Source: Acidobacteriota bacterium (GTDB lineage Bacteria; Acidobacteriota; Blastocatellia; Pyrinomonadales; Pyrinomonadaceae). From it: a stretch of 64,000 nucleotides of DNA. The notes below the pieces were generated by a model, which saw nothing but the letters and a program-made list of their open reading frames with translations, was not told the origin of the DNA and did not search any database. Both the position numbers and the translations under genes were made by a program. Location of the stretch: positions 2,932 to 66,931 of the forward strand of contig JAFAZX010000093.1 in assembly GCA_019239425.1 (NCBI GenBank), given 5' to 3'. Shown here piece after piece: positions 39,248 through 49,418 of this stretch (its first letter is position 1; each line of letters begins with the position of its first letter).

Positions 39248-39333
39248 AGTGAATGGTAAATGGTAAATGGTAAATGGCGAAAAGACAAAGAGGGTCTTCT
39301 CGCCATTTACCATTCACCATTTACCATTCACTA
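39248..39333. repeat. Heptamer-periodic hairpin element, GGTAAAT/GGTGAAT family (about 38-bp stem)
   Basis: agtgaatggtaaatggtaaatggtaaatggcgaaaagac / gtcttctcgccatttaccattcaccatttaccattcacta. It touches the uvrB ATG and contains the upstream gene's TAG (39331-39333). Confidence 0.9.
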
Positions 39334-42300
39334 AGCGGGCGTGGGCTGGCTCGAACTGATCTGGTAGATGGCCTCCATGACGGCCGAGCGGACTTCGGTC
39401 GGGAGCGAGCCGCGCACCGCGAGGCGGCGGAAGGCCGGGAGGACTTCCTTCTGGCCGGAGAGCGCGAGCAGCTTGACGACGGCGAGGCGCACCTCGTTGT
39501 TCGGGTGGCTCTCGATGGCGCGCAGGAGGGGCTGAACCTCGCCCGCCTTCGCCATCAGGAAGAGGAGCGAGAACGCCTCGTAGGTGCGCTCGCGGCTCTC
39601 GCCCGTGAGCTGCGAGATGGACTCGCCGGCGAGTCCCGAGTCGGCGATGGCCGCGCCGATCTCGCGGCGGCGCTCGGGCGCGGCCTCGCGCAAGGCGCGC
39701 GTGAAGGAATCGGCGCGGTCGGCGCGCAGCTCGTAGAGTGCGCGCGCGGCGGCCGACCGGACGTCCTGCGAGCGGTCGTCGAAGGCGGAGCAGATCTGCT
39801 GGAACGCCTCGTCGGTGTCGACGTGCGAAAGCTCGATGATGGCCGCGGCGCGCTCGCGCGGGTCTGTGCTCGCGATGCGCTGCTGGATGGAGGCGGGCAC
39901 CGTGGACGACTCGTCGAAGGGCGCGAGTCCCTTCTCGGGCGCGGGCTGCTGCGCGGCCGGCTCGTAGGCGACCTGCTCCGGCTCGCGCACGAAGGGCGAC
40001 GGCCCCGCGGCCTCTTCCGCGACTTCGATCTCACGGCCCGGCTCTGCGTGCGAATCGACGTGCGACTCGGCGAACGGCTCGGCTTGAGGTTCGGCAACGA
40101 GTTCGAGCTGAGTCTCGGCGGCGGGCGCGGGCTGTTGTTCTTCGACCTCTTCGACTTCGTTGCTCACGGAGTCGGCGAGCGTTTCACCTGACGAAGTCTC
40201 GAAGACAGGTTCGGTGACCGCAGGCTCGGGGGTCGCTTCGGCGGCGGGCTGACTCGCGTCGCCCATCTCGCTGATGTCGAAGTCGAACCACTCGCCCGCG
40301 GCGGGCTCGATGCCGACCTCTTCCGTGACGGCGGCGGCAGGCTCTTCGAACGTCGCGGCCGCTTCCGGCTCGGTCTCGACCAGCGGCTGTTCGAGTTCGA
40401 CGAAAGGCTCGACCGCGGTCTCCGAGACCAGCTCGAACGGCTCTTCGGCGTGGACGGGTTCGGGCACGTGCGCGGGTTCGCCCGTCGCCTCGGCCGCGGG
40501 TTCGGGCGCGACGAACGGCTCGGGCGCGGCCGTCTCTTCGACGAAAGGAGCGATGGAGACCGAAGTCTCTTCGGCCGTCTCCGGCGCGGCGACTTCAGCC
40601 GCGGGTTCCGGCGCGGTTTCGACAAACGTCTCTTCGACCGGGGCAAGCTCGACCGCCGCCGCCTCGTCTCTCTGTTTGACGACGGGCGCGGCCTCGGGTT
40701 CGAGGGTGGGCGCGGGTTCAGTCGTCTCGGCGGCGGGCGCGGCGGGCTGCGGCTCTGCGGCGGCGGGGGCCTGCGCGAAGTCTTCGCGGCAGAACTCGAC
40801 GGCGGTGCGGATGACGCGGGGCGGGATGCGGTTGCGCTCGTTCCTCTCGCGTTCGAGCAGCGCTTCGAGCGGCCCGACGGCCGAAGGGTCGCGCAACGCG
40901 CCGAGCGCTTCCACGGCCGCGCGGCGCACGTCCATCACGGGGTCTTCGAGCGCGGCGACGAGCAGCGGCGTGGCCTTGCGGTCGTTGAGGATCGCGAGCG
41001 AGCGGGCCGCGGCCGAGCGTTCGGCGGGCGCGTCCGCTTCGCGCAGGTCGCGCGCGGTCTCTTCGAAGTAGCCGTGCTCGACGAAGGCGGCGCCCGCGCG
41101 CTCGCGGCGTTGGACGTTGCGGCCGGCGAGCGCCGCGAGCAGTTCGGCGGCGACCATCTGCCGCGTCATCGCGTCGCGCGAGCCGATGACCGCGCGGTCG
41201 TACTGCCCGCCCCCGAGCAGGTTCTGCGTCTCCGACAGAATGCGCTCCGGCTCGGGCGCGTATGCCGGCTCAATCTCCGCGACCGGCGCGTGGGTTTCTT
41301 CAACCGAAGGCGCAGGCGTCTCCGCCTCGACCGGCGCGACCTCTTCGGTCTCGACTTCCGGAGTGACGGAAGCGACGAAGGCCGGCGCCGCGGTCTCGGC
41401 GGGCGACTCCGCGACTTCGAAAGGCTCCGGCTCGGCCGTCTCGACGGCGGGGGCGACGACCTGTCCAGAGGGTTCTGGCTCGGCGACGACTTCGGCGACC
41501 TCTTCGGTCGCGACGGCCTGCGTGACTTCGGCCGGCTCTTCCCACGCAGGCTCTTCGACGGCGGGAGTTTCGACCAGGGCGCTCTCGTCGACAAACGTCT
41601 CTTCCGCGGCCGCGGCCGTTTCGACAGGAGGAGTTTCGACGGCCGGCTCTTCGTGAACGAGCGTCTCTTCGACAACCGGCTCAGCTACCTCGTCCTGCTC
41701 GGCCACGGCTTCGACGGCGGCGGCCTCTTCAACGACCTGGGCGGCGACCGTCTGCTCTTCGACTGCCGGCTCTTCGACGACAGGTTCTTGAGCGACGGGC
41801 GCGGCGACGTCGGTTTCGGCGACGGCTGTGACTTCGGTGCGTGCGGGTTCTTCGACGCGCGCGCCCTTCTTCTTGCGCTTGGCCTCCTGCCTCGCCTCTT
41901 TCTTTGACTGCTTCTTCGACTTCGCGACGACCGCGCCGGCCACGACCGGGTTCACGTCCGCCGCCGAAGCATCCGACACGCTCAAGGGTTCGGCCTTGCT
42001 CACGGTCGAAGCTTGCGCGGCGGCCGTCGCGTCCGTGAGTGCCCTGGCCGTCTCCTCCTTCGCGCGCGTCGTCGTCGTCGAACCTTCGCTCAGGCCTTCG
42101 ACCGGCGCGGGCGGTGTCGAGGCGGCGCGGCGCCCCGCGAAGACGAGTCCGAGGCCGACGACGACCATGCCGACGACGACGAGCACCCACCAGTTCTGTA
42201 GAAGGTACGCGCCGAGCGAGGTGCCCGTCTGCGTCGCGGGCTGGCTCGTGGTGATGGGCGCGATCTGCGCGGGCGGCTGCGCCTGCGCGATCTCGGTCGC

Positions 42301-43071
42301 AGGCGTCGCGGCCGGGGACGGCTCCTGCGTCGGCTCGACGGAAGCCTGCTGGGGATTCTGCGCGGCGGGCTCGGTGCCCGTCTGAGTCTGCGTCGGCGCG
42401 GCGGCGGGCGGGACGTTGTTGACGGTCGCCGGGTTCGAGGCTTGGGCCGCGCGCGCCGTCTCTTCGGGCGTGGGCTGGCGGCGCTCGCTCGCGGGGTTCG
42501 CGGCGGTCTGATTGTTCGCGGGCTGTCTCTGCTCGTTCGGCTGCGCGGTTCTGTTCTCCGCGGGCGGAGTCTGCTGCTGTGGCTGCTGCTGTTGCGTTGC
42601 AGACTGTTGCGCCGAGGCGTCGCCGGGCACGTCGAAGACCACGTCGAGGCGGTTGAACTTCTGCTCGACGCGCGGCTTCGCGCCGGGCGCGACGCGGTAG
42701 GAGAGCACGACCGAGTCGCCGCGCTGCTGCACCTGCATGTCACTGTAGCCGCGCCCCGAGCCGCTCCCGCGCGCGCCGGCCGCCGCCTTCGGCAGCACGA
42801 CGTAGAAGCGGTCGCCGCTGCGGTAGGCGGAGTAGTCCTTGAGCGTGTCGTCGGCCGTGATGGTCACGCGCGAGCCGCTGCCGCTGTCGCTGCTGCGGAC
42901 GCCGACGACGCGCTTCGACTTGTTGCCGCCCGAAGCGTTGTCGTTCCCCTGACGTTGCGCGCTCGCGCCGCCGGCCGAGAGGAGGGCGGTGAGCGCCAGC
43001 GCCGCGACGAGGACGACGAGCAGTTTCGTACGCATTTGGCTGTGCATCTGTGAGCTGGACTTCAGGGGCAT
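39331..43071 (-). CDS. Bitopic AMIN-like / TM / acidic low-complexity / HEAT-repeat protein (paralogue 2)
   Basis: Signal-like MRTKLLVVLVAALALTALLSAGGASA. AMIN-like beta domain (RVTITADDTLKDYSAYRSGDRFYVVLP...NRLDVVF). One TM (WWVLVVVGMVVVGLGLVF). Long E/A/V/P-rich tracts. PBS-lyase-type HEAT units (ALEDPVMDVRRAAVEALGALRDPSAV). The start is uncertain: 43116 TTG, or ATG at 43071, 43047 or 43035. Confidence 0.7.
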   Translation of the reverse strand: MPLKSSSQMHSQMRTKLLVVLVAALALTALLSAGGASAQRQGNDNASGGNKSKRVVGVRSSDSGSGSRVTITADDTLKDYSAYRSGDRFYVVLPKAAAGARGSGSGRGYSDMQVQQRGDSVVLSYRVAPGAKPRVEQKFNRLDVVFDVPGDASAQQSATQQQQPQQQTPPAENRTAQPNEQRQPANNQTAANPASERRQPTPEETARAAQASNPATVNNVPPAAAPTQTQTGTEPAAQNPQQASVEPTQEPSPAATPATEIAQAQPPAQIAPITTSQPATQTGTSLGAYLLQNWWVLVVVGMVVVGLGLVFAGRRAASTPPAPVEGLSEGSTTTTRAKEETARALTDATAAAQASTVSKAEPLSVSDASAADVNPVVAGAVVAKSKKQSKKEARQEAKRKKKGARVEEPARTEVTAVAETDVAAPVAQEPVVEEPAVEEQTVAAQVVEEAAAVEAVAEQDEVAEPVVEETLVHEEPAVETPPVETAAAAEETFVDESALVETPAVEEPAWEEPAEVTQAVATEEVAEVVAEPEPSGQVVAPAVETAEPEPFEVAESPAETAAPAFVASVTPEVETEEVAPVEAETPAPSVEETHAPVAEIEPAYAPEPERILSETQNLLGGGQYDRAVIGSRDAMTRQMVAAELLAALAGRNVQRRERAGAAFVEHGYFEETARDLREADAPAERSAAARSLAILNDRKATPLLVAALEDPVMDVRRAAVEALGALRDPSAVGPLEALLERERNERNRIPPRVIRTAVEFCREDFAQAPAAAEPQPAAPAAETTEPAPTLEPEAAPVVKQRDEAAAVELAPVEETFVETAPEPAAEVAAPETAEETSVSIAPFVEETAAPEPFVAPEPAAEATGEPAHVPEPVHAEEPFELVSETAVEPFVELEQPLVETEPEAAATFEEPAAAVTEEVGIEPAAGEWFDFDISEMGDASQPAAEATPEPAVTEPVFETSSGETLADSVSNEVEEVEEQQPAPAAETQLELVAEPQAEPFAESHVDSHAEPGREIEVAEEAAGPSPFVREPEQVAYEPAAQQPAPEKGLAPFDESSTVPASIQQRIASTDPRERAAAIIELSHVDTDEAFQQICSAFDDRSQDVRSAAARALYELRADRADSFTRALREAAPERRREIGAAIADSGLAGESISQLTGESRERTYEAFSLLFLMAKAGEVQPLLRAIESHPNNEVRLAVVKLLALSGQKEVLPAFRRLAVRGSLPTEVRSAVMEAIYQISSSQPTPA

Positions 43072-43158
43072 CGCTTGGGTCCCAGGAACAGGGTTGCGGG
43101 CGGCGACATTATGCAATAGCGCGGCCGGCTTGTCATCAAAACAAATCTTCGCGCCGCC

Positions 43159-45615
43159 TCACGCGACCACCAGCGTCTGCGCGCGCTGCGCGCGCTCGAC
43201 CGTTTCGAGGATGGAGCGGCGCACCCTCTCGGGCATCCCGCCCTCGTCCGCCAGACGCCGCAGCCGCTCGACGACCTCCGCCGTCAGCGAGTCGCCGAGC
43301 AGTTGCACGCAGGTCAGGCTCGCCTCGTCGTCGCGGTGCGAGCCGATGGCGTCGAGCAGCGGCCCCGGTTCGCCGCCCGATGCGCAGAGCGAGAGCAGCG
43401 AGAACGCCTCGTAAGCCTGCCGCCTGTCCTCGCTCGTCAGGCGACCGACGGCCTGCGTGGCGAGGCCGGCCTTGACGCACGCGTGCGCCACGTCGCCGAG
43501 CGTGCGCGGGTCGGCCGTCTCGGCGACGCGGACGTAGGCCTCGGCGCGCTCGAAGCTCAGACGCGAGAGTGCGCGCGCGGCGGCGGCGCGGACTTCGCGC
43601 GCCTCGTCGGCGAGCGCCATGATGACGTGCGCGAAGACGGACTCGTGGTTGATGAGTCCGAGGCTGTTGACGGCGGCCGAGCGGACGGTGCCCTCGGCGT
43701 CGTGGCGCGCGGCGCGCGCGAGGGCCGCGACCGCCCGGCGCACCTGGAACTGCGCGAGCTGCTGCGCGGCGGTGGCGCGTGACTCCGCGTCCGTGCTCTC
43801 GACGCGCACGAGCGCGACGGCGAGCGCCTCGTCTTCGCAGGACTCGGGCAAGTCCTCGTAGTCCGTCGCGGGGACGAGGGCGCGCGTGTTGAAGTCCGAG
43901 GTTGACTCTCGGGAATCGGCCCGCCCGCGCGCGAAGGCGGGCGCGTGGCGTTCGAGTTCGAGCGACTCGACCGAGCAGGCCGTGAGCGCCGGGCCGAGGA
44001 TGTTCGCCGGGATGTCCTGGTGGCGGCGCGCCACGTCGAGTAGTGCGCCGATGGCCGTGGGCAGGCCGAGGGCGCCGAGGCTCTGCACGCACTCGGTGCG
44101 GACGAGCGGGTCGTGGTCGTAGAGCGCTTCGGTCAGGAACGGGAGCGCCTGGGCTGACTTCATGTCGCCGAGGGCGCGCGCGGCGCTCACGCGCTCGAAG
44201 GTCTCGCCGCCGAGCAGGAGCGAGGCGCAGGCGCGCGCGACGAAGCCGTAGTCTTCGAGCGCGATGCGCGCGCGGCGCTGGCCGTCCTCGTCGGTCTCCT
44301 GCGCGCGCAGCGCTTTGAGGAGCGAAGTCTCGACCGCGCGGCGGTCGTCCGAAGCGCGCGAGGCGAGGACTTCGATGCTGTGCGGGCCGCCCGCGACGAG
44401 GCTCGCGACCTCCTGGTCGATGCGGTAAGAGCCGTGGACGACCGACGGCTCCGACGCGTGCGGCTTCAACTCGGCGGGGCGCTCCTGGCCGGCGGCGGCT
44501 TCGGCTCCCAACTCGCGGCCGCGCCGCGTCGCCTCGTCCTCCGCGCCGCGGCCGGCCTTGCGCCGCTCGAAGGGGACTGTGACGTCCGTCTTGCGGCGGT
44601 CGCCCTTGAAATGCTCGAAAGACTTCTGCGCCTTCTCGGCCTTCTCAGTCTTGTTCGACTTCTCCGCGGCGGGCGCCTTCTTCTTCTTCGTTTCGCCCCG
44701 GCGTCCTTCGTCGCCCTCTTCTTCGCCCGAGCGCCTGCGCCTGACGAACATGCCGACCGAACCCGCGAGGCCGATGCCGACCACCGCGAGCAGCGAAGGC
44801 AGCGAAAGGAGGTATGACATCAAGCCTTCGCCTCCCTCCGTCTCGACCTTAACCTCCGCCGGCTGCGCGACCGTCTGCGGGTTCGGCTCCTGCGGCGCGG
44901 GGCCGATGGAGCTGACCGTCTCGGGTTGTGCGTTCGGTTGAGCGGCGGCCGGCGCCGCCTGCGTCTGCGCCGGCGGCGGGGTGACGGCGGACAGAACCAG
45001 CGCAGGACGCGCCGGCTCAGACAACAGGGCCTCCGCCGCGCCGCGGCGCTTCGACTCGGCCCGCGGCTGCGGCGCGCGTTCGAAGGCCCCGCCCTCCGCC
45101 GCCTCACGCGGCGCGGGCTGCGTGCGACTCTGCGGACGCTCCGGCTGCGCCTGCTCGACGGGGAAGTTCTCGACGTTGAGCGCGCCGCCGCCCGTCAGGA
45201 CGAGGTCGAGGCGGTTGCCGTGCGGCTGGACGGTCACGTTCGCGCCCCGCTTGACCGGCACGACCAGCTCCAGAGAGTTGCCGACGCGCTGCACCCTCAC
45301 GCCGCGCGTCGAGCCCGCCGCCTGCCCGTTGACGAGCACGACGTGGAAGCCTTCGGCGTCCTGCCAGGTCTGCGCGCGGTTGAGCGAGCCGTCCGCCGAG
45401 ATGGAGACGACGTTGCCCGAGGAGGAGACGCCGGTGACGGTGACGGCCGGCTCGTGGTAGCGCTGCTGAGCGCGCGGCTGCTCCGGCCCGCTCAGCGCGA
45501 GCGAAACGCCCGCCGCCGCGACGAGACCCAGGCGCACGCAGCGCGAGCCGAGCGCACTGCGGCTCCACGTCTGCAGCAGCACGGCAAAGTCGTGTCCGTT
45601 CGATTCCTTGTTCAT
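43159..45615 (-). CDS. Bitopic AMIN-like / TM / HEAT-repeat protein (paralogue 1)
   Basis: Same architecture as paralogue 2: AMIN-like VVSISADGSLNRAQTWQDAEGFHVVL...NRLDLVL, TM LLSLPSLLAVVGIGLAGSVGMFV, and HEAT units (ALYDHDPLVRTECVQSLGALGLPTAIGAL). The C-terminal YEAFSLLSL...PLLDAIGSH block is shared with paralogue 2. Confidence 0.75.
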   Translation of the reverse strand: MNKESNGHDFAVLLQTWSRSALGSRCVRLGLVAAAGVSLALSGPEQPRAQQRYHEPAVTVTGVSSSGNVVSISADGSLNRAQTWQDAEGFHVVLVNGQAAGSTRGVRVQRVGNSLELVVPVKRGANVTVQPHGNRLDLVLTGGGALNVENFPVEQAQPERPQSRTQPAPREAAEGGAFERAPQPRAESKRRGAAEALLSEPARPALVLSAVTPPPAQTQAAPAAAQPNAQPETVSSIGPAPQEPNPQTVAQPAEVKVETEGGEGLMSYLLSLPSLLAVVGIGLAGSVGMFVRRRRSGEEEGDEGRRGETKKKKAPAAEKSNKTEKAEKAQKSFEHFKGDRRKTDVTVPFERRKAGRGAEDEATRRGRELGAEAAAGQERPAELKPHASEPSVVHGSYRIDQEVASLVAGGPHSIEVLASRASDDRRAVETSLLKALRAQETDEDGQRRARIALEDYGFVARACASLLLGGETFERVSAARALGDMKSAQALPFLTEALYDHDPLVRTECVQSLGALGLPTAIGALLDVARRHQDIPANILGPALTACSVESLELERHAPAFARGRADSRESTSDFNTRALVPATDYEDLPESCEDEALAVALVRVESTDAESRATAAQQLAQFQVRRAVAALARAARHDAEGTVRSAAVNSLGLINHESVFAHVIMALADEAREVRAAAARALSRLSFERAEAYVRVAETADPRTLGDVAHACVKAGLATQAVGRLTSEDRRQAYEAFSLLSLCASGGEPGPLLDAIGSHRDDEASLTCVQLLGDSLTAEVVERLRRLADEGGMPERVRRSILETVERAQRAQTLVVA

Positions 45616-45760
45616 GGCTTTACTTCCGGGCGCGTGCGCGCCCGCCGGAGGGTGAGACCGTTTAGCAGTCTTTCGGGATTAGGAAGGGTCGCGAGCGGGG
45701 CCGTGTGCTCGTCGCCCTCGACGTGGGAGACTCTGGCGGTCTCCTCAGGAGTGGAACCCT

Positions 45761-46537
45761 TCAGCGCTGTTCGTCGCTGAACTTGTAGCCGATGCCCCAG
45801 ACGGTCAGAACCATCTGCGGGTTCTCGGGGTTGTCCTCGATCTTGGCTCGCAGGCGGTTGATGTGCGAGTCGATGGTGCGGTCGTAGCCCTCGTAGGAGT
45901 AGTCCCAAATCTTCTCCAGGAGGTACTTCCGCGGGAAGACGCGGCCGGGGTTCGAGGCGAAGAGCCGAAGCAGCTCGAACTCTTTGGGCGTGAGTTCGAC
46001 CTGCCGGTCGCCGACCGTCACCTCGCGCTTGGCCGGGTCGATGCGGAGGCGGCCCCTGAGAATCGGGGCGTCCTCGCTCGTCTCGGAGCGCGAGGCCGCG
46101 CGGACGCGGCGCATCACGCTCTTGATGCGGGCTTCGAGCTCGCGCAGCGAGAAGGGCTTGGTGATGTAATCGTCCGCCCCCATCTCAAGGCCGAGCACCT
46201 TGTCAACCACGTCGTCCTTGGCCGTCAGCATCAGGATCGGGATGTACGCGGCCTTCTCCCGCAGCTCGCGGCAGACGGCCAGCCCGTCCATTTTGGGAAG
46301 CATGAGGTCGAGGACGATGGCGTCGGGGCGGTCGTTCAAGGCCGCCTGGACGCCGGAGAGTCCGTCTTCCGCGGTCTGCACCGTGTAGCCAGTGCGCGAA
46401 AAATACTCGGTGATGGCTTCGAGAATCTTCTCGTCGTCTTCGATGATGAGGAGCTTGAGCTTGCGCTCGCCCACCTCGATCTTCTCTTCACCAGTGTCCT
46501 TCACGTCGGGATTGGCGGCGGCAGATTTTTGAGTCAT
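45761..46537 (-). CDS. OmpR/PhoB-family response regulator (no adjacent histidine kinase)
   Basis: Start moved to ATG 46537. Receiver motifs LLIIEDD, DLMLPKMDG and LTAK. Winged-helix output domain (LTPKEFELLRLF...VWGIGYKF). Confidence 0.9.
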   Translation of the reverse strand: MTQKSAAANPDVKDTGEEKIEVGERKLKLLIIEDDEKILEAITEYFSRTGYTVQTAEDGLSGVQAALNDRPDAIVLDLMLPKMDGLAVCRELREKAAYIPILMLTAKDDVVDKVLGLEMGADDYITKPFSLRELEARIKSVMRRVRAASRSETSEDAPILRGRLRIDPAKREVTVGDRQVELTPKEFELLRLFASNPGRVFPRKYLLEKIWDYSYEGYDRTIDSHINRLRAKIEDNPENPQMVLTVWGIGYKFSDEQR

Positions 46538-46717
46538 CGCGGAACGGTTAAGAGACGTGCCACTGCGGGCGCACGCCCCGGGACACCAAGAACTATAGCG
46601 AACCGGCCGACTAAACTCAAGCAATAAATAATCTTGGGCCGACGGCACTGTCCGGGAGGAAACACAGGCCGGCCCTCAGCCCTCGCTCTTTCAAAGGCGT
46701 CGAGTGTGTGATATTTA

Positions 46718-46832
46718 CAGTAGGCAGATGGCAGTCGGCAGTTGAAAGCGCCGCTGTCGAAACTTCCGGGTTGATCATTCAACGTCCGTCACGCGGAGCG
46801 GCTGCCTACTGCCGTCTGCCTACTGCCTACTG
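46718..46832. repeat. GTAGGCA-family hairpin element with 57-nt loop
   Basis: cagtaggcagatggcagtcggcagtt / gctgcctactgccgtctgcctactgcctactg. The loop ends in acgcggagcg. It lies between divergent genes (response regulator and DinB). Confidence 0.85.
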
Positions 46833-46864
46833 ACTTTTATTTCCCCCGAACCCGAAGGAGCTTT

Positions 46865-47341
46865 ATGACGAACGAAGAGAGACAAGCGCTCATAGAGCAG
46901 TACAAGGCCGGCTACGGAGAGGTCGCAGACAGCCTCGAAGGCTTTGACGAGGAGACGCTCTCGGCCCACCCCATCCCCGGCAAGTGGAGCGCGCGCGAGG
47001 TCGTCCAGCACCTCGCCGACAGCGAGATGAACAGCGCCATCCGCCTGAGAAAACTCCTGACCGAGGACGAGCCGCAGATACAGGGCTACGACCAGGAGCA
47101 CTACGCCGCGAGCCTCGGCTACAACGAGCGCCCCATCGAGCCCGCGCTCGACGCCCTGCGCGGCGCCCGCGCCACCACCGGCCAGCTCCTCGACCGCATG
47201 ACCGACGCCGACTGGTCGCGCGCCGGCACGCACACAGAGTCCGGCCGCTACACCGCCGAAGACTGGCTCCGCATCTACGCCGACCACGCCCACAACCACG
47301 CCGCGCAGATTCGTCGCCTGCGCGAAGCGCTTCGCGCGTAA
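46865..47341 (+). CDS. DinB-family protein
   Basis: GAAGGAG SD. WSAREVVQHLADSE...IYADHAHNHAAQI is DinB-like. Confidence 0.75.
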   Translation: MTNEERQALIEQYKAGYGEVADSLEGFDEETLSAHPIPGKWSAREVVQHLADSEMNSAIRLRKLLTEDEPQIQGYDQEHYAASLGYNERPIEPALDALRGARATTGQLLDRMTDADWSRAGTHTESGRYTAEDWLRIYADHAHNHAAQIRRLREALRA

Positions 47342-47413
47342 ACCGTGAGCCGTAAACCGTGACGAGATAAGCACAGGCTTTACTCTCGTCACGGTTTACG
47401 GTTCACGGCTTAC
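47338..47413. repeat. Heptamer-periodic hairpin element, CCGTGAn/CCGTAAA family
   Basis: gtaaaccgtgagccgtaaaccgtgacgag / ctcgtcacggtttacggttcacggcttac. The DinB stop TAA (47339-47341) lies inside the left arm. Confidence 0.9.
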
Positions 47414-47516
47414 GCAACTCTTGACAAGAATCGGGACGGGCGAGCACAATCCCGGCGCGCCGTGGGCGCCCCTTCGTACAGACCCGCGCGGACACGCACA
47501 AGCCTGTATTCAACTT

Positions 47517-47544
47517 GTCACGGTTTACGGTTCACGGTTCACGC
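47517..47544. repeat. Solo third arm of the CCGTGAn family directly upstream of the purC ATG
   Basis: gtcacggtttacggttcacggttcacg is complementary to the left arm at 47338-47366. It has no local partner of its own. Confidence 0.7.
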
Positions 47545-47546
47545 CT

Positions 47547-48446
47547 ATGAGTGGCACTCCCACAGTCGCGGAGACTTCCCTCCACGGCCTTCGGCTCGCG
47601 CGGCGCGGCAAGGTGCGCGATGTGTACGAGGTGGACGACGCGCACCTCCTCGTCGTCGCCACCGACCGCATCTCGGCCTTCGACTGCGTGCTCCCGACGC
47701 AGATCGAGCGGAAGGGCGAGGTCTTGACCGCGCTCTCCGCCTTCTGGTTCGCGCGCCTCGCGCACATCACGCCGCACCACCTCGTCACGACGGACGTGAG
47801 CGCGATGCCCGAGGCCGTCCGCGCCTCGGCCGACATCCTCCGCGGGCGCTCGATGCTCGTGCGCCGCACCGAGGTCTTCCCCGTCGAGTGCGTCGTGCGC
47901 GGCTACCTGGCCGGCTCGGGCTGGAAGGACTACCTCGCGACCGGCGAGGTCTGCGGCCACAGGCTGCCGGAAGGTTTGCAGGAGTCCGCGAAACTCCCCG
48001 CGCCGCTCTTCACGCCCGCGACCAAGGCCGAGTCGGGCCACGACGAGAACATCAGCGAGGGGCGCATGCGTGACATCGTAGGCGGTGAGGCGACCGAGCA
48101 CCTGCGCAACATCGCGCTCGCGCTCTACCACGACGCCGAAGTTTACGCGCGAGACCGCGGCATCATCATCGCCGACACCAAGTTCGAGTTCGGGCGCGAC
48201 GAGTCGGGCCGCATCATTCTCATCGACGAGGCGCTGACGCCAGACTCCTCGCGCTTCTGGCCCGCGGCGGCCTACGAGCCCGGCCACTCGCAGCCCTCCT
48301 TCGACAAACAGTTCGTGCGCGACTACCTCGAAACGCTCGACTGGGACAAGCGGCCGCCCGCGCCGCCGCTCCCCCCGGACGTGGCCGCCGCCACCACCGA
48401 CCGCTACCTCGAAGCGTACAGATTGCTGACGGGAAAAGCGCTGACA

Positions 48447-48452
<6 letters not shown>
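47547..48452 (+). CDS. purC: Phosphoribosylaminoimidazole-succinocarboxamide (SAICAR) synthase
   Basis: Start moved to ATG 47547. GKVRDVYEVDD...LVVATDRISAFD...IADTKFEFG. Confidence 0.95.
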
Positions 48453-49085
<633 letters not shown>

Positions 49086-49151
49086 GAACCACGCGCCCAT
49101 TAAGAGTTTATTCGAATGACCTTGTTTTGAACGGACGGAGCGAAACCCCCA

Positions 49152-49418
49152 ATGCCCATGCGCGCCCGGCTCGAAGCCCTGATTGACGAGATGCTCGACG
49201 GCCAGATCATGCTCGACGAGGCCCTGGAAGAGTTCGAGAAACTCTACATCCAGAAGGCGCTCGCCCGCCACAAGGAGCACCTCTCGCGCACGGCCGCCAC
49301 GCTCGGCATCCACCGCAACACTCTCTCCAAGCGCGTCGCCGGCTATCACGCGCAGGAACGCGCCGCCGCCTCCAACAACCACCGCCCGCGGAAAACGACC
49401 TCCCGCCGCAAGCGCTAG
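49152..49418 (+). CDS. Small Fis-type helix-turn-helix DNA-binding protein
   Basis: FEKLYIQKALARHKEHLSRTAATLGIHRNTLSKRV matches the Fis/NtrC C-terminal HTH pattern. Confidence 0.7.
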   Translation: MPMRARLEALIDEMLDGQIMLDEALEEFEKLYIQKALARHKEHLSRTAATLGIHRNTLSKRVAGYHAQERAAASNNHRPRKTTSRRKR

